The notes: generated by a model from the sequence alone, not told the origin. A DNA stretch of 64,000 bases from Chrysomallon squamiferum (GCA_012295275.1 CM022670.1:31062001-31126000), one strand, 5' to 3'; shown: positions 1 through 15,789, numbered from the stretch's first letter. Numbers and translations: made by a program.

Positions 1-444
1 TTTTTATTCTTCCCAACTAACTGTGTGGAATAATTATTAAAAACATAAAATACACTAATTCATGTATTATAGAAATTTAAATATATCTCTAATATTTTTA
101 ATGACATAATGGTCTTAGATTATTATTTTAATATTTCTGGTATAATAAATGATTTTAGAATTATATTAATTGTTCTGCATCAAGGCTAAACAAAACAATG
201 ATTACTAACAAAATTAATCTTAAAAATGCATTCCTTTCAAAACAACAATTACAATCATCAGGTAATATAAAAATTTAATATCGAAATAAATCAAATGTGT
301 GAATGATAGTTTAACAACTCCCCAGCATAAAAAACATATGGCTACTGAATGTCAAACAAAGATAAATAAATTACACAAATATCATAAACTGAACAAGTCA
401 AACATTTGTTGCTTTCAAAACCAGGAATTCGTATTAACAAGATT

Positions 445-476
<32 letters not shown>

Positions 477-507
477 CATAACAGTAATAAAATGTATTTA
501 TACTAAC

Positions 508-2049
508 ATAATAATATTGTTTCATTGTCTCAATATGAAGAGCATATCTTCCATAAATCTGCTTGACCAGTCCAACCATGTTAGGGTCAATGTCAAGAGA
601 CTTAAGGGGGAGGGGTAGGTGGGTTTCCATCTGAATTTCTCCATGTTCAGGTTCATAGACTGTGAATCTTGACTTGATAAAGAATTGAAGAATGGGGGTG
701 TACTTCTCAAATTCTTCTTGAACAATTTCCTTGATCAATCTTAAAATGTTTGTCAGATGTTTTCTTGTGTTCTTCTCCACTTCCCAGTAGTTGTAAGCCC
801 ACTTGCTCTGTTTGTTTTAAAAAACAGACATGTCACAGTCAATCTTGAATACATTTTAATATTAATCAATTCTTTTCCTCTCTAATGATATGATAGATGA
901 TATTAATGGATATAACTTTTATAAGGAAAAAGAATATTTGTTTCTATACTGATATGATAAATGGTGTTACCACTGCAAGAATTACACTTAGTAAAAAAAG
1001 GTTTTATTTGATGCACTATCATATGACAAATGGGTTCATTTTTGTTTTAGTTTCTCCTACTATATAAAATAAAATAAAATAATACTAAAGTTTATTTTGA
1101 GGGTGGAACTAACTGAAAGGAACATAAAGCATAAATAAATAAATAAATAAAATTAAAAAATAATAAAGGAACAAAAAAGTAGTATAAAACAAATAAATTA
1201 ATAAAATAATAATAAAACAAAATATTTCCAGAATACATATAAAAATAAGTGATCTTCACCTCTTCATAAACAGAGTTGGTCAAGGAATGAAGATGATCAA
1301 TTTCTTCTTTAGAAATGATGTCAGCCAGACAAGAACTTACGATGTCATGAACATTGTAGATGACAAAGGTGTACTGATTAGCAAGGTTTGTTGATTTCAA
1401 TCTATTAAAGAGTTTATTTGTTAAAACACTGATGTAATGATCATAATCCAGATTCTTTATTATTGGATGTCTCTTGATGTATTCCATATACTCTACTGAA
1501 AATATATTAAGATAAAAAAACAATAATATAAATAAATAGTATGATAAAATGACCATTCAGTATAATTTGTTTTTCTTTTGCATTGTCAGGAAACAAAATT
1601 GAGAAGTCTGCTCATATTTTCAAATCACTTTTCTATGTGTACAAAGATTTCTATGTTAAGCTGTGTAAATATTATGCTCTATATATAATTGATAAATACA
1701 TGTGTCATCCATATGTATTTTTGCCATATAAATCTTTCCTTCATTATAATGAAATGAATTTTATCATACAATCACAATAATGCTTTTTGCATTTCTTCAT
1801 GAAATTCTAAATATTAATGGGTTTTTAATAATGCTTAAAATAATGAAGTTGAATAATGTTGATAATAATCATGAAAAAAGGTGGTGTAATGATAATGATG
1901 GTAATGATGATTATACCTGAAACACCAATGTGCTGTTCCATTGAATTCCTAATATTCTGTAACTGTTCATCAAAATTACTAATCCATTTACTGACACTAT
2001 CTGCTGTTCTTGTTGAAACTCCCTGTAATAAAAAAAAATAAAAATAAAT

Positions 2050-2144
<95 letters not shown>

Positions 2145-4209
2145 TGTAAATGCTATAAATAGTAACAGTTAATTAATTTTCAAAGTAGTTTTTAACTGCA
2201 CCTGGATTTCATTGATGAATTCATTCATGACAGAATAAAATTTCTGTCTTATTGGATAGGATTTGATTGATTTTCCCAGTTTTGATATTTCTCTGTCAGT
2301 ATTATTGTACAATTCTGTATATCTGTCAACCATGGTAATGAAGGCATTGCTGAAATGAAGTACAATGAACAATTACTCTAGTCTTATAGACATATTTATA
2401 GTGTATTAAAAAACAACAGTTGAATGTTTTAATTTTTGATTTTCTTCTGTCATAACAGTGCTACATTGCAGCATTCAATCTGTAGATACATCAACTTAGA
2501 CATAATTCTTAAATTCAAAGATTTTAAAGATTAGGTCTGAGATAAACTAATTGCTTAAACACCTAACCAGACTTATTTTACTTCCCATTATCATCCATAT
2601 AATGAACAACCACCTAGTGAAGTTTTTAATTGTGTTACTTTAATATGGTAGAAGTGCCACTTATGTTTCATGAGTGGCAAGGTATACATCTATCTTTCAA
2701 ATTGTCTAACAATATATATATATTTGTGTGTACCTGCATGTATATGTGTATGTTTTCCATTGCTATATATAATTATATACATTATGGAAATTGTTGGAAT
2801 ATGTCTAAGATAAGGATTAGAAATAGAGATAAAAAGAACAATCATTAGTTAAAAGAAGATATAGCAGAAAAGAATAATAATAAAAAAAATAAAAAGACAT
2901 TAAGAAGAAACAAAGAAAAGGAATTTTGCCAAATTATAATTTTTTTTGTTTTATCACAAATATTTCATAACCACTACTTACATGATAGTTAAAATATATT
3001 TGCCCATGTCATGAATGTGAAGGTCATTCCTGTTGTACATACGTTGCAGGCCTCTTCTGATGACTTCAAGCTGTTTTCTCACAATAATCATCTCCTTCTT
3101 TATCATCTCACCAATGGGTTCCATCTCATCATTCAGATGGTTCACAGTTCTGTGATATCGAGCTTCAATTTCGTTTCCAATAGCTGTAGTAGCTTCTTGA
3201 ATACCTGTTTGAAAGTCTTCCCCAAATCTGTTGAATTTATGAACCAAGTAAGTCTAGAAAAAAGACAACTGGATTTTGTGATAATCAGTAAACACCACAT
3301 ATCTATGTGTTTTTGTGTGTGTCTTGTAAGCACAGCTGTTGTTATGATTTCTTATTAATTAAGGTGTATATGCCAGTAATTACACATCAACTTTACTCAG
3401 GCTTTATTTATCCATCTATTTTATTTACATCTACCAATTACTTATTTGTAGTCTACAAACTTGCATATTAAAAATCTGACACATTAAAAAAATACATATA
3501 TAAATAAAGAAATATATAAATAAAATATATGTAAAAAAACCTCCAACAAAATGCATCTTTTCTCTGATTCTTATCATCGGTGAATCAACTTGTGCTATTC
3601 TCTCCGTTGCTTTTTCTACATAACCCATTAAAGCATCTGATAACAAACCTATTCTTGCTTCATACCTGAAATTCATTCAGCGTATCTGGACTCCAGTGTA
3701 AATGTGTATGGAGTATATGTGATGTCTTGAGTCTGAATGCAAGAAGTCTATCTCTGTGTTCTTGGTTGTCTGTCATGTGGAACAGATCTGCCTGGTAGGT
3801 GCTGCTGTTGACATATCTGGCATAAATCCTAATTGCATTTTCAGGTTTTTCTGAAACATAAATAGTAATACCAATATTTAATGTAATGAAATAAATGTAT
3901 GAAAAAATATCAAACTGTGATAATGCTGCTACATTTTTATAACAAAACATTCTTAGCATAATGTCCAAATTAAATTAACTTGAAAACTTTCAGAATATTC
4001 ATAGTGCTACAGCAACATGTTTTGCTTGGAATCAGCTACTGAATTATAATGGTTTAGACTCATTTTGACAAACTCGTAAACTAATCAAGTTACTTATTTT
4101 CAGAGAATGTTTTATGTTTTCCTGCACTGACTCTAAATCATATGCTTAAACATCAACAAGGCAATAGTGAATAATTCTCTATTTATTTAGTATATATATA
4201 TATCTCAAA

Positions 4210-4301
<92 letters not shown>

Positions 4302-7300
4302 AAACAGCTGTGTTTCATGCCACTATAATAATAAATGGTTAATACATTTTGTCTTAATTTTGGCTTAATTATCATTGTCTGAAGTATATGCCTAATCAAA
4401 GTAATTTTTTATTTCTTAACTTCACATTAATTTACTGGCCTGTATCATAATTAGACAAAAAGTTAATGGTCTTATCCTCCCAGTCTATAGTTAGGTCTGA
4501 GCTAATAATCATCTCTCCAGCATTTCGATTTCTGATTTGCAGCTGAAGTGGGCTAGTGCTAACAACTTCACCATAAACTTCAAACTTTCTCTGAGGGTTG
4601 ACTATCTTTAAAATAAATATAATTAGTGATCTTTAAATGAAATATAATTGGTGATCTTTAAGGTAAGTACATAATTAGTCAGTTTTAACTGAAGTATATA
4701 GTAATTTTTTATCAAATGGATGATTAGTGATCCCTGATATGTTTAAGTTAAATAAATATAATTAGTGATTTAAAATTAAAATATATTTTATAATCTTTAA
4801 ATCAAGTATATAATTTGTGTTTATAAATAAAGTACAAAAATTACTGATTTGTATGGCAAGTTTATAATTAATCATCTTTAATTAACATAATTATATAATT
4901 AGTGATTTTTATGTGTGGTATATAATTAATATTATCTGAAAAAGAAAGGTATAAAAATTAGTAATCATCTTGGCCTCCCAACAGGAAAGAAAAAACAAAT
5001 AAATAAAAGAAAGAACAAATTATTGCAAAATTTATTATGGTATTTTTATTTATTTATTTATTCCTATAAAAAATAAGAAAAGAAAATGGTAATTTAGTTT
5101 ATTTGACAATCCTGACAAAGTTTTTTATTTTTTATTTTTTTTAAATTCTTACTTCTAATTTAATTAAATTTCTCAGTCTATTAATCTCTGCATGCAATGC
5201 TAAATTCTTGTTTTCTCTTCTTGCTGTTTTGTAAGAGATGTCCATTCCCGCAGAATATCTGTCGCTTGTGTGGCCAACACTCATTGAAAACTTGCAGTCT
5301 AAGTCAGTAATTGGATGAGTCATTCCAAAAGTGAAAGTATAATTCTTTCCATATCCACTGGAAATATCTTCTAATCTGGACAAAAGGGTAATTGTTTTTC
5401 TCTTATCCTGAGTGTAAGATACTTCAGTCTTCCCACTGAAAATTGTGCTTCCTTTGTTAAAACTCATCCTGGTTCCAAGTCTGATGTCCTAAATTTTATG
5501 GAACGGTATAACATAATGATATCAATAATAAAATGTAAGTTGGTTTATATAAAAGTTGGTCAATATAATAACTATTTTAAAAAAGTCATGATAGTTGAAA
5601 AAACCCCATTACAAAACAACAATAACAAAACGTCTCACCGACATCTACAACACATATGTAATTATACTTCTAAAATATACACATATACGCGCACACATAC
5701 ATTATTTCACGAAAAAAAATCAAACCTTTCCTATAGATGGCAACCTGAATGTAACATCTGCTCTTCTTCCAAATGGACGAAATGTAAATTTCATTTCAAT
5801 GGCTTTGGTCTTGTCTTTATCAACATCCCAAAGGAACGTTCCCTCCAATGTTCTGTCTCTGTGGTCACATCCGTACGACCCACTGACTTGCAGGCTACGA
5901 CCTGGAAAGCCAACTTTAAACATGCTATCATACTGTGTCATAAAACGCCTGGTTTTACTTTTCAAGCTGAAATCATACGAGAGTTTGCTCCCGGCATCTT
6001 CATTCCACGATACTTCAGCGTAGCTTCTAGTTTGTCTCGGTGTGTTTTTAATAGATCCAACAAAACCCATGGTACGAGCTAGATGAATCAGTTTAAATTT
6101 GAAGTCCTTGTTCAGTGATCCTTCTCCACTGCCATAAGCAGTTTCAAAATGTACGTTGCTATTAGGTTCATTTTTGTGCCAGTTGAGCGTTAGGTCACAA
6201 TCAACACGTCTGCCAACCACTAGGCCTGATGCTGTATATTCCATTTGTCTTGGCTTCCGTATTATAACAGATCCCATATGTCTGTAGTTTGAATCTTTCG
6301 AATATTCTGTATCCATATCAAGAATAACTTTATCATTATGTCCCATTTCAAAATTCAGTCCATATTTGGAATCTCCGATGTGCTGCTCATATTTGAAAAA
6401 TTCGTGTTTAGCTATTTCGAAAGGCGTTGTCACATCGATACTAACAGTTAAGATCTCGGCGAGCCAGTCAGAGTACTGTCTATATGATGTAACAATTGTT
6501 ATCTGTTCTCTAGGAGCCCAGGATAATTCGACATGTGATTTCTTCTCTAATTGATTATTGGAATCTGTTTTCGCAGCCAGTTTCATATTTTTCATATTGT
6601 CAATATTACTTGTCAGAGATACTTCTCCTTCCATGTCGTACAGAGAACCATAGCGTAGACTGGCCTTTCCTCTCACGGTATCTGTGAAACAAGTTTTTAA
6701 AACAGCTGATGACGCGAAGTCAGTTAGTCGTCCTCTGTATGTTAAAGCTAGGTCAAATATTTCAAAATCTTTTATTGGTGTCTGGATTTTCAACGATGCT
6801 GTGTAGGGAGAACCAGAAAGGTCTAACGAAATATGCAAGGAAGCTGTTTTGTTTTCATCATTTGTTACTTTAACAAAGGCTTCGTATCTCTTCATAATCT
6901 CCCCCAACTGTCCCTTAACTATCCATGTTCTAAATCCTTCAAACGGCGTTCCCATTGTAATGTCAAAATGTGGGCTTGGAATTAGAGAAGCTTGAATCTT
7001 ACCACTGATTTCGTTTCCTTCGCCATATTGTATAATTATATCAGAACTGACTGATTCGCTATCCAAGAGATGACTATAGACAATCGTAATTTTTTCATAG
7101 CCATTGTACGGCATTTTTATTTTTACCTTGTTATCAGTTCTTTTCCAGCTGTCATGAGAATGATTTAAAATGAGTGACAGTTTCTTATTTTCCATATGTT
7201 GCAAAGTTCCTTTGAAAGAAAAATGATTTATTAATCCAGAATAGTCAAATGTCAGACCGAGATTTCTGTAAGTTTCGTATGATGTGGTTATTGATATTTC

Positions 7301-10300
7301 ACCGTGGACTGCCTTGCCAGGTTGGAACGAAATATGGAAAGCTACTCTTTCTGAGTTCAAGTTTCCCACCATTTTAACTAGTCCGTTTGAAAATGTTCCG
7401 CTTTTTTCAATGTTAAAGTTTGCTTTGTTTACGTCACGCCCGTTTTTATATTCTGCTTCAGTTATTAGACTATATAACTCGTTGTCTGTTGTTTGTGTCA
7501 GTCGTATCGTCGCCTTGATATCTGTTCCTACCAAGGTAGTTGCTGTTGTTAAAAATCCTTTTGAATTACGACTGTGCTGGAAATCAATGTCAATATTTTC
7601 AATGTATGGTGCTGTTGCTCTAATTTGTGTATCAATGTTTCCTGCGAAGATGCGATGTTTAATGTCTGCTTTGTAAGTTTTGTCATCAATCATAAAGGTA
7701 TATACACCAGTAAAATCATTAATACCACCCGACTGTTTCATCATTATGGAAACTTTTCTTGTACTAGTTACGTTTGTGTTTGCAGTAATTTTTATCTCTG
7801 TTTTTGATTCTTCGACTGTTATATAAATATTTGCATTAATTTTTTGGGAGTTCTCTATTGCAACTTTAGAGTCGACAGACCATTCGGTGTTTCGTAGGCG
7901 ATGTTTGTGTTCGATTGACATTTCTCTATAACCGTCAAAAGGAGTAATTGCTGTAAATTTTCCTTTAAAATTCCTTAAAGTTGATGATGTAATACGAGAT
8001 GTTCCTTGAAGTGTTTTTCCATCCATGTATGTAATTCCTCCGTCAGACTTTAACGTGTTCTTAACAACTTGATGACCAAATGAAAGACCAACATCTCGGA
8101 AACTGTCAAATGGAGTTCGCATTTTCAAACTTCCTTCAACATTTTCAGAGTGTACAAAGTTTGTTACAATACTGAATGTTTTGTCGTCGACATTTCCATC
8201 AAGATTAGCCTTCCAGATCAATCCCGAATCTTCTTTGTGGAAAATAAATCCAGCATTTTTACTGTAGTTGTTGAATTTGTAGTTTATGATGCTGGAACAT
8301 TTAATAATCTGATCTGTAAAGGCAAATATCATGTCATTGCTTATTTTGAATATATCACCATATGATCCTGTTACTTGTGATGTAAAGTTCTTTAACTCAC
8401 CTTTCATTTCAATAGTAATGTCAGTATTTTTCATGAATGGCGTCGTGATAACAGCAGTGGATTTTAACATTTTGTGAGATAATTTATTGTCCCACATCCC
8501 TGAAATTTTCTGGGAATTACCATATAACACTGAAAATGAACAGTTTAAGTTTTTCAGATTTCCATGATGGAAAATGTCGACCACAGTTTCATTGAATTTT
8601 TTCCGTTGTATTGTGAGATGTGCAGAACTCTCACCACCAGAGTTATAACCATCGTGTCTTATCACGAGTTGGCTGCTTTTAAAGTATTCTATTGGCGTTT
8701 GTACATAAATATAACAATTAACACTTTGATTTAGCCATTTCATTTTGAGATTAAATTGTGTTGGATCGTATGAATCAAACTGAACTCTAATTTTTGTCTG
8801 AATTTCGTGATTTCCTAAAGTATGTTTTAGAGATGCACTCATATATTTTGCATACTTGAATGGTGTTTTCACAGTTGTTTCAATTTTAATTGCATCTCTG
8901 AAGTTGTATGTTGATTCAATGCTGATAATTTGTTCTGATGAATACTGTATTTCAGCAACAAAGTGATTATTCCTTTTGATTTTTTCATTCTTTATGTCCA
9001 ACTGGAAATAGGGAAAACTTTCATGAGAAGCGTCAATTCGCAATTTTGCTTGAAGATCAGAAATATAATGCCAGCTGAGAACTCCTTGATACGTTCCTAG
9101 TGGTGTTGCCGTGAATTCAGCTTTTGTGTCGAAGTCCTGAAGACTTCCAATAAACTGAAAACCAGTTTGAATTTTCCTGTAACCTGTAAATGATGTTTCA
9201 AGCCTTGCAAAGAATAACATGTTTTTATCTAGTTGAATTCGGCTTTCGAAATTTATTTCTTTTCTGTTTCCATATTCCACACCAACTCTTGTATTGAGTT
9301 CTTGCCTTTCTCTTTTTTGTTTGGCTGTTATTAAGATGTTGTTGAACCCATCAAATGGTGTTTTAAGTCGCAGATGTCCATCAATATTCGTCAGGGAAAC
9401 TGAAGTTAAGGTACCGTCAGCTATAACTTTCTTGTACGGCGAAAGTTGGAACTGGGCGTGACCTGTCAAATCATTGCCATGTCTTTGGGTTTTCAGCGTT
9501 CCAGAAATATCGTCTGTCCATGGAGTTGTAAGGAGAATGTCAGCCTCGATTTTGTCAGGTGACATAAAATAGTTCAGGTTTGTTGACATCTTTGATTCAC
9601 CGTTGAGCACAAAAGTGCCCTGGTGAGCAACGTATCCTGTTCCAATTTCATTGTTGAGGATAGTATTTACAGCGTTCAGTGGAGCCCACGGAGTTTCCAG
9701 TTTCAAGACTATTGTGCTTTTTGTTCTTGCAAATATTTCATGACTTCCTGATAAATCAAAAAGTATTTTATTTCCATTTCCCCAGTTGGAGTTGATAACT
9801 ATTTTAATGTCCTTGTCAGTGTTACGATGTTGCCAGGAATTGTCAATACGATAATAGCGGCCAGCTTTAAGTTTTAATTTGCCGTTATTAATTATATTTA
9901 AGCCTTGAATCTGGTGATGCAGTTCAAGATCATAAACATACTTTTCTTCATTTATGCCAACAGTGACTTCTGTGTCATAATCGGTCCAATCGTCAGCGTG
10001 TTTTACCTGGATTTCAAACAATCTGAACTTAGGAATACTCGACTTGAAGGAAAAGAAACCATCTAAGTCTCTTTTTGAAGACGTCCCTCTGTTTTCACCT
10101 GAAACTATGACTTCTGCTGTTGTTTTGTCGACGGAAGCCTTTAATTCAGTTTTGAGTCTGTTATCCAAGTTGTGTACGATACCAAAATTAAGTCGTCGCA
10201 TTTTATTAAAAGGTGTTTTTGCCGTCATGGTTAGCGCCATGCTTCTTGCTGATATTGGTTTTGCAACATTGACTGATGCTGTAATTATTTTTCTTTTCCC

Positions 10301-11628
10301 GGACCATGACAGCCTACTCTCTACGCCATACATTTTCTTGTTACCAATGTTTGTCAATTCTGCTTCGATATCATCAAATGGTTTGAAGGGAGATTTCATT
10401 TTTATCACCGATCTTTTTGCACTTAATACTGAATCCAAAACAATTTCATTTCCTCCAGACCACGTAATATCTGCTTCAGTTTTGAACTCAGTTTCTTTTT
10501 TATGTCTAAGGTAAAAATCTATTGATTGTTTTGGATACTTCAGGGAAAAAGATGAGTCAATATTGTCTACAGATGGAATATTAATTCTGCCAGTAGCCTG
10601 CATAACTTTTCGACCGTCCAGTTTAGTATTGATACTACCTGAATACAGAGAATCATTCTTCTCGCCCATAAATTTTATTTCTACACGTTTCGATGGATAT
10701 TTAATATTGAGTTCCAAATTTCCTTGTGTTCCTGCGCGATATTTGTAAGTAGTATCAACACCGTATTCCTTCTTTCCGTAAATGAAATCTCCCGAAGCTT
10801 TGAAGTCCTTTGCATTCAACCTGATTGTCCCCTTGATACGCATTAGTGAAATATTTGGAACGATAATTTCTGATTTAAACTCATGAGATATCTCCCCTTT
10901 GCCCCTGGAATAAATACTAATAACGCTTGCCTTCTTTTTCCCGAATTTAGCATCCATGCTGTGTTTGTATTGGTTAGAAGAGGGTTGCTTAAATTCAGTA
11001 TCAAAAGATACATCGCTTCCTGGGTAACTAATCTTGAATGAACCATAGAGTTTTGTGAGTTTTCTGCTGTTGTCTTTTAGACTAAGTTCAGTTTTGATTT
11101 TCTTGTTTTTCCCGTTTGTAAGACCATGTGAAGAGACCAAGCTCCGGCTGTCGTGTTTGTGATTACCTCCAAGGATGATATTTGTATACTGAAAGAAAAT
11201 TATTCCCCAATATATTTGCTATATAGAAAAAAAAAAAAAATTGTATACATATGTAATGCTTTAATTGTGTTACACAAATAGCTGGATGTAATCTTTGAAT
11301 GTACGTAAAAATGTGTTCATTAGATTTGGTTACATTCTATAATAAGAAAGGAATATTATCTGACGTTGAAAACGATATAGGAATTGGTTATGATCATAAA
11401 CCATTTAAGACTTATAATTATTTCTAATTCATATTACATTTAATACATAATTGACCTTTCTAATCAATATACTACAAACAGATTCTTTCTTTTATTTTAA
11501 AGTTCAAAAAAATCCACCGCATTTAAATATCTAATGAAATGATCTATGGACTATAAACGAAATTAATACACAACCCAGCCGCCTAAAACAACTATCTTAT
11601 GACTGATGTGTAAACTAAGTAACCGGAA

Positions 11629-11665
<37 letters not shown>

Positions 11666-12586
11666 TGTGTCTAACCAGTTTTTATCTTTAAAGAATTTCA
11701 ATTTGGAAATGTCAAATAAATACACAAAAAAGAATAACAATATCTGTTTTTGAAATCGTATTCGATAAAGAAAATGGGAAAAAAACCCAAAACAAAACAA
11801 AACAAAAAATCATACAAAATATATTAGACATACCTGAGATGGATGATAAAATGACAATTTGTAATCTACAGAAGCAGAACTGTTTTTTATCGCATGGTTC
11901 AAATTGGCTGACGCGGTCACAATGTTCGACACGTCTTTGAAATTTTTACCATATTTGACCTGAACGTTCAGTCCCGAGTGCTTGCGTCGATTATGACTTA
12001 AATCTATGTCTGCTTGGAAATTCAGCTCCGGGTTCTTTTTGACAATCATATTTCTGAAATTATTGGTTGAATATTTTTGACGACCATAAACAAGACTATT
12101 TTGGCAAGAAATTAGGCAATACATTACTCCACAAAGCGAAGAAATGTCATTATTATTTCGCTCGGTACAAATGTAAAAAGAGACAGGAGTGGAGATTAAT
12201 TGGATACTGGATTTTAGGGCTTTAGGCTGTTTCATCATAAAAGAAAAATTGCGTCAAGTAACAAAGAAAGCTGAAAAATGCGAAATAACGAAATTAAGAA
12301 CGAGCTAGTATAATCTAAAATTCGCAGATAACCAAGAGTTTCAAATACAGTTTGAAATGAAATCACAGAGAATTTGTATCAAATATCACACGTAACATTC
12401 TTAAACTGATTTCATTCAGAACTACAAAAGTGGACATTTCGTAATTATATTTAGTAATTACGTAATGAGGTTTTGGCATAATATAGGGAGAGTGTGTGTG
12501 TGTTTGTATCAGTGAATTGTATATCTATATATCTATATAGCTATATAATCTAGATTTATATAATCTCTCTATTTATATATCTGTCT

Positions 12587-12630
<44 letters not shown>

Positions 12631-14926
12631 CACCGTACACGTTTATTAGTATAGTATTAGTTAATTTATACTTACGCATTGATCAAGTATTTATGCAGCG
12701 ATGCCGTACTCTTGTTCTTCAGTTTAGCGCTCAGAGTTATCTTCTTTCTTTTGATATTCATGTGTCGCGGTAGATCATAATCTACAAACACTTTTGATGT
12801 CAACCCTTCATCCTTCTCTACTACATTCCCCACTGCCTTGATAGTCAGGTACTTCGATCGTATATGTACATCACAAATATATTTTCTTTTTCTTCTTGCC
12901 AAATTCCCTGAATCGACAAACAATTTCTTATGCGCTGTATAAAATTACATATCAATTTCTGGATTATTATATGGCGAAATCTTTCTAAAAAGCCATTTTA
13001 ATTTTTATATAGAAATGTACATAAAAATTATTTTTATCATTTGTTTTTCGAGTATTAAACTAAATAGGCCAAACACAAAGATGTTAGATTCATGTAATGT
13101 TAAAGATACATTAAAGCAGCATTTCTCAACTTTTAACCCTTGCGTAACCCTTGAAATAAATTATATGTCTCAAGGAATCCCTCACCAAAAAAAAATTATA
13201 TACCATATCAATCTCATATTTTTTTCTCCGGAGTTTGCGTGGTAAATAAATATCATATATATATATATTTTTTGAATAACTGGGTTAAGGAAAAATTAAT
13301 ACTTTTTTCTCAGGTTTATTGGTAATACTAAATAAAATTCATATTGCTCGTTTATGATAATTTCTCATAAGTAAACTAACTAAAAAAAAAAAAGAAAAAA
13401 ATTGCATTAAAAGATGTGTGCTAAATTTTTAGAATTCGTAAAACGTTCTTGAATGCTGGAGAATAAAAATACTGAATATCACGGATCAATGAGGGGCTGT
13501 ACCTGCACGCCAGGAAGCACATAGACAACTGATGTAAACCATGCATGCATCCTGTATTAGAGTGAGTCACATGATACACGAATCAGTCACGTGAAATACA
13601 GATCCCATTCACTAAATATATTCCTAATCGTTATGATATTTTTAGTAACAATAGGTTAGATAGGATGACGACTTTATTACAATAACGAAAAAGTTCCAAA
13701 GACTATGCTGTGCGTAATAAGGTGCATTAACTTATTTCACACTTTCTCGCAGAAGTCCTATGAACCTTTTGCGGAACGTAGGGTTCCACGGAACCCAGGT
13801 TGAGAATCGCTGATGGAAAATAGTCGTAAAAAATAAATAAATAATAAATAACAATGAGAGTAACATAGCAGTAATAATCGTAGTAATAATAATGGTAATA
13901 ATAATAATACGTATAAATACATATAAAACATATATAAAAAAAGGAAATACAGGTAACGTCAATAAATTTCCCAGGCAGTCTCTCGATGTTCACCGTGACA
14001 TTTCCAGTCACTGATTTCCCATCCTTATAATCGAGATCACCCTTTATAGATACTGGGGTAGATTCAGGTGTCTGTATAATTAGTGATGGAATGAATCTAA
14101 AGGAGTTTTTGGATGCTTTTATGTCATGAACTAATCCTGCGTGTATGGAATATCTCTCTTTGGGAGCAAGACCAACGAGCAGTTTCTGAGACGTTTCTTT
14201 GTCTGTATTGATTATTGTCGCTGGAAAATATAAACAGCTTTGGTTCAATATTCAGTTTACATATATACGCATCTGCACATGCTCATGCACCTGCACACAT
14301 ATATTATATATAAAACAGAAAAAAAAGATAGACAGATAGATAGATAGATAGATACATGCAAAAACAAAGAGAGAAAAAGAAGAGGGAGATTGATTTAAGA
14401 TTTTCTATTTTTCCAGTTTTCAGTATTACCTTATCGAATTTTTGCTTTTCATTTTATCAGTGTAATAACTGATAAATGTCGTTTTAATATTTACGATGTA
14501 TAAATTAGAGTCAAAAGAACATTAAATAAAAAACATTTATTAAAAGAAAGAATATTTAATATAGTTTTGTTTACTTAATAACAGTGCATGAGCTTTGTGT
14601 AAAAGTTCGAAATCATAATAATGATTCAGAACTCTAAAAACTCACTTTGTAGTGTGACAGGGTTTTTTCTGATTCCTTGAAATTGCAGATCGAGATTAAG
14701 TTTTCTGTTTTTCTCTGTGATAAATTTTCCGCTTATCTCGATAGGTTGGGCACCAGGATAACGGAGTTCAAACCGCGGCGTATATGAATAGCCGTTTTTA
14801 ATATTCTTAATGGCCACCTCACTGACCAAGGCGTATTGTCTTGTTTTGTCAGTGACAAGTATACCAGAAAGTTTTTTCATGTTTCGACTATTTGTTACAG
14901 AACCTATGCAAAAATGATTTGAAAAA

Positions 14927-14961
<35 letters not shown>

Positions 14962-15740
14962 AAAATATTAGCATAACGTAACATCGCCAGATTACTATAA
15001 ATAAATGTTATTATATACATTTATAAAAATACAAATAAATAAGTAAAAATGTGCATATATTCATCTCTTTCCTACAGCACCCAAAAATTATACACCTTTA
15101 ATCATGAATTTACTCACACACATAGGTATGTCTTATTCAAAGCAACAGATATGGATAGAAAAAGACAAATAAATAACAATCGAAATAATATTATACATAC
15201 ATTTATACATACATACATATATACACAAACACACATACATACAGAGAATGAGCGATGAAGAAACAAATGACAAAAATAACAAGAAAAACAACATCAATAA
15301 TAATAATAATAACAATAATACATACATACATATATATATATATATAAACAGCTACATTATTAAAGTGAATACTGATTTCATACGAAATTAAAATAAAACT
15401 TTATATATAGACGTAATATTTTCTACATAAATTAATATACCTTTCAGTAATGCCTCTTTCCATGGCGTAACAAAAGAGATATCGACGTCTTTTTTTTTGT
15501 AGTCGAGGGATACGTCTAGAGAAAGCGCTCGATTCACTGTGGATCCTGGAGTGTTGAACGTCAGTTGAGCTACAGTGGCTACTTTCGACTGAAAATATAG
15601 CTATATCAATGACGACAACGATAACAAAACAAAACAACAACAATTCAGTATTCTATTAGTAGCAGTAATTTTACAAAAAATAATAACACTAATAACATTA
15701 ATAATAATATTAACATTACTACTACTACTACTAATACTAC

Positions 15741-15789
<49 letters not shown>

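Noticed and set aside
3431-3676. 81-aa minus ORF suggesting a frameshifted continuation of the LLTP exon
   Set aside because: The canonical donor CAG|GTATGA at 3665 joins the next exon (3253) in phase 0, so this ORF is intronic.
5498-10748. Plus-strand ORFs (e.g. 5498..6082, 7284..7676, 10044..10514)
   Set aside because: Antisense shadows of the giant LLTP exon, with no independent splice or homology support.
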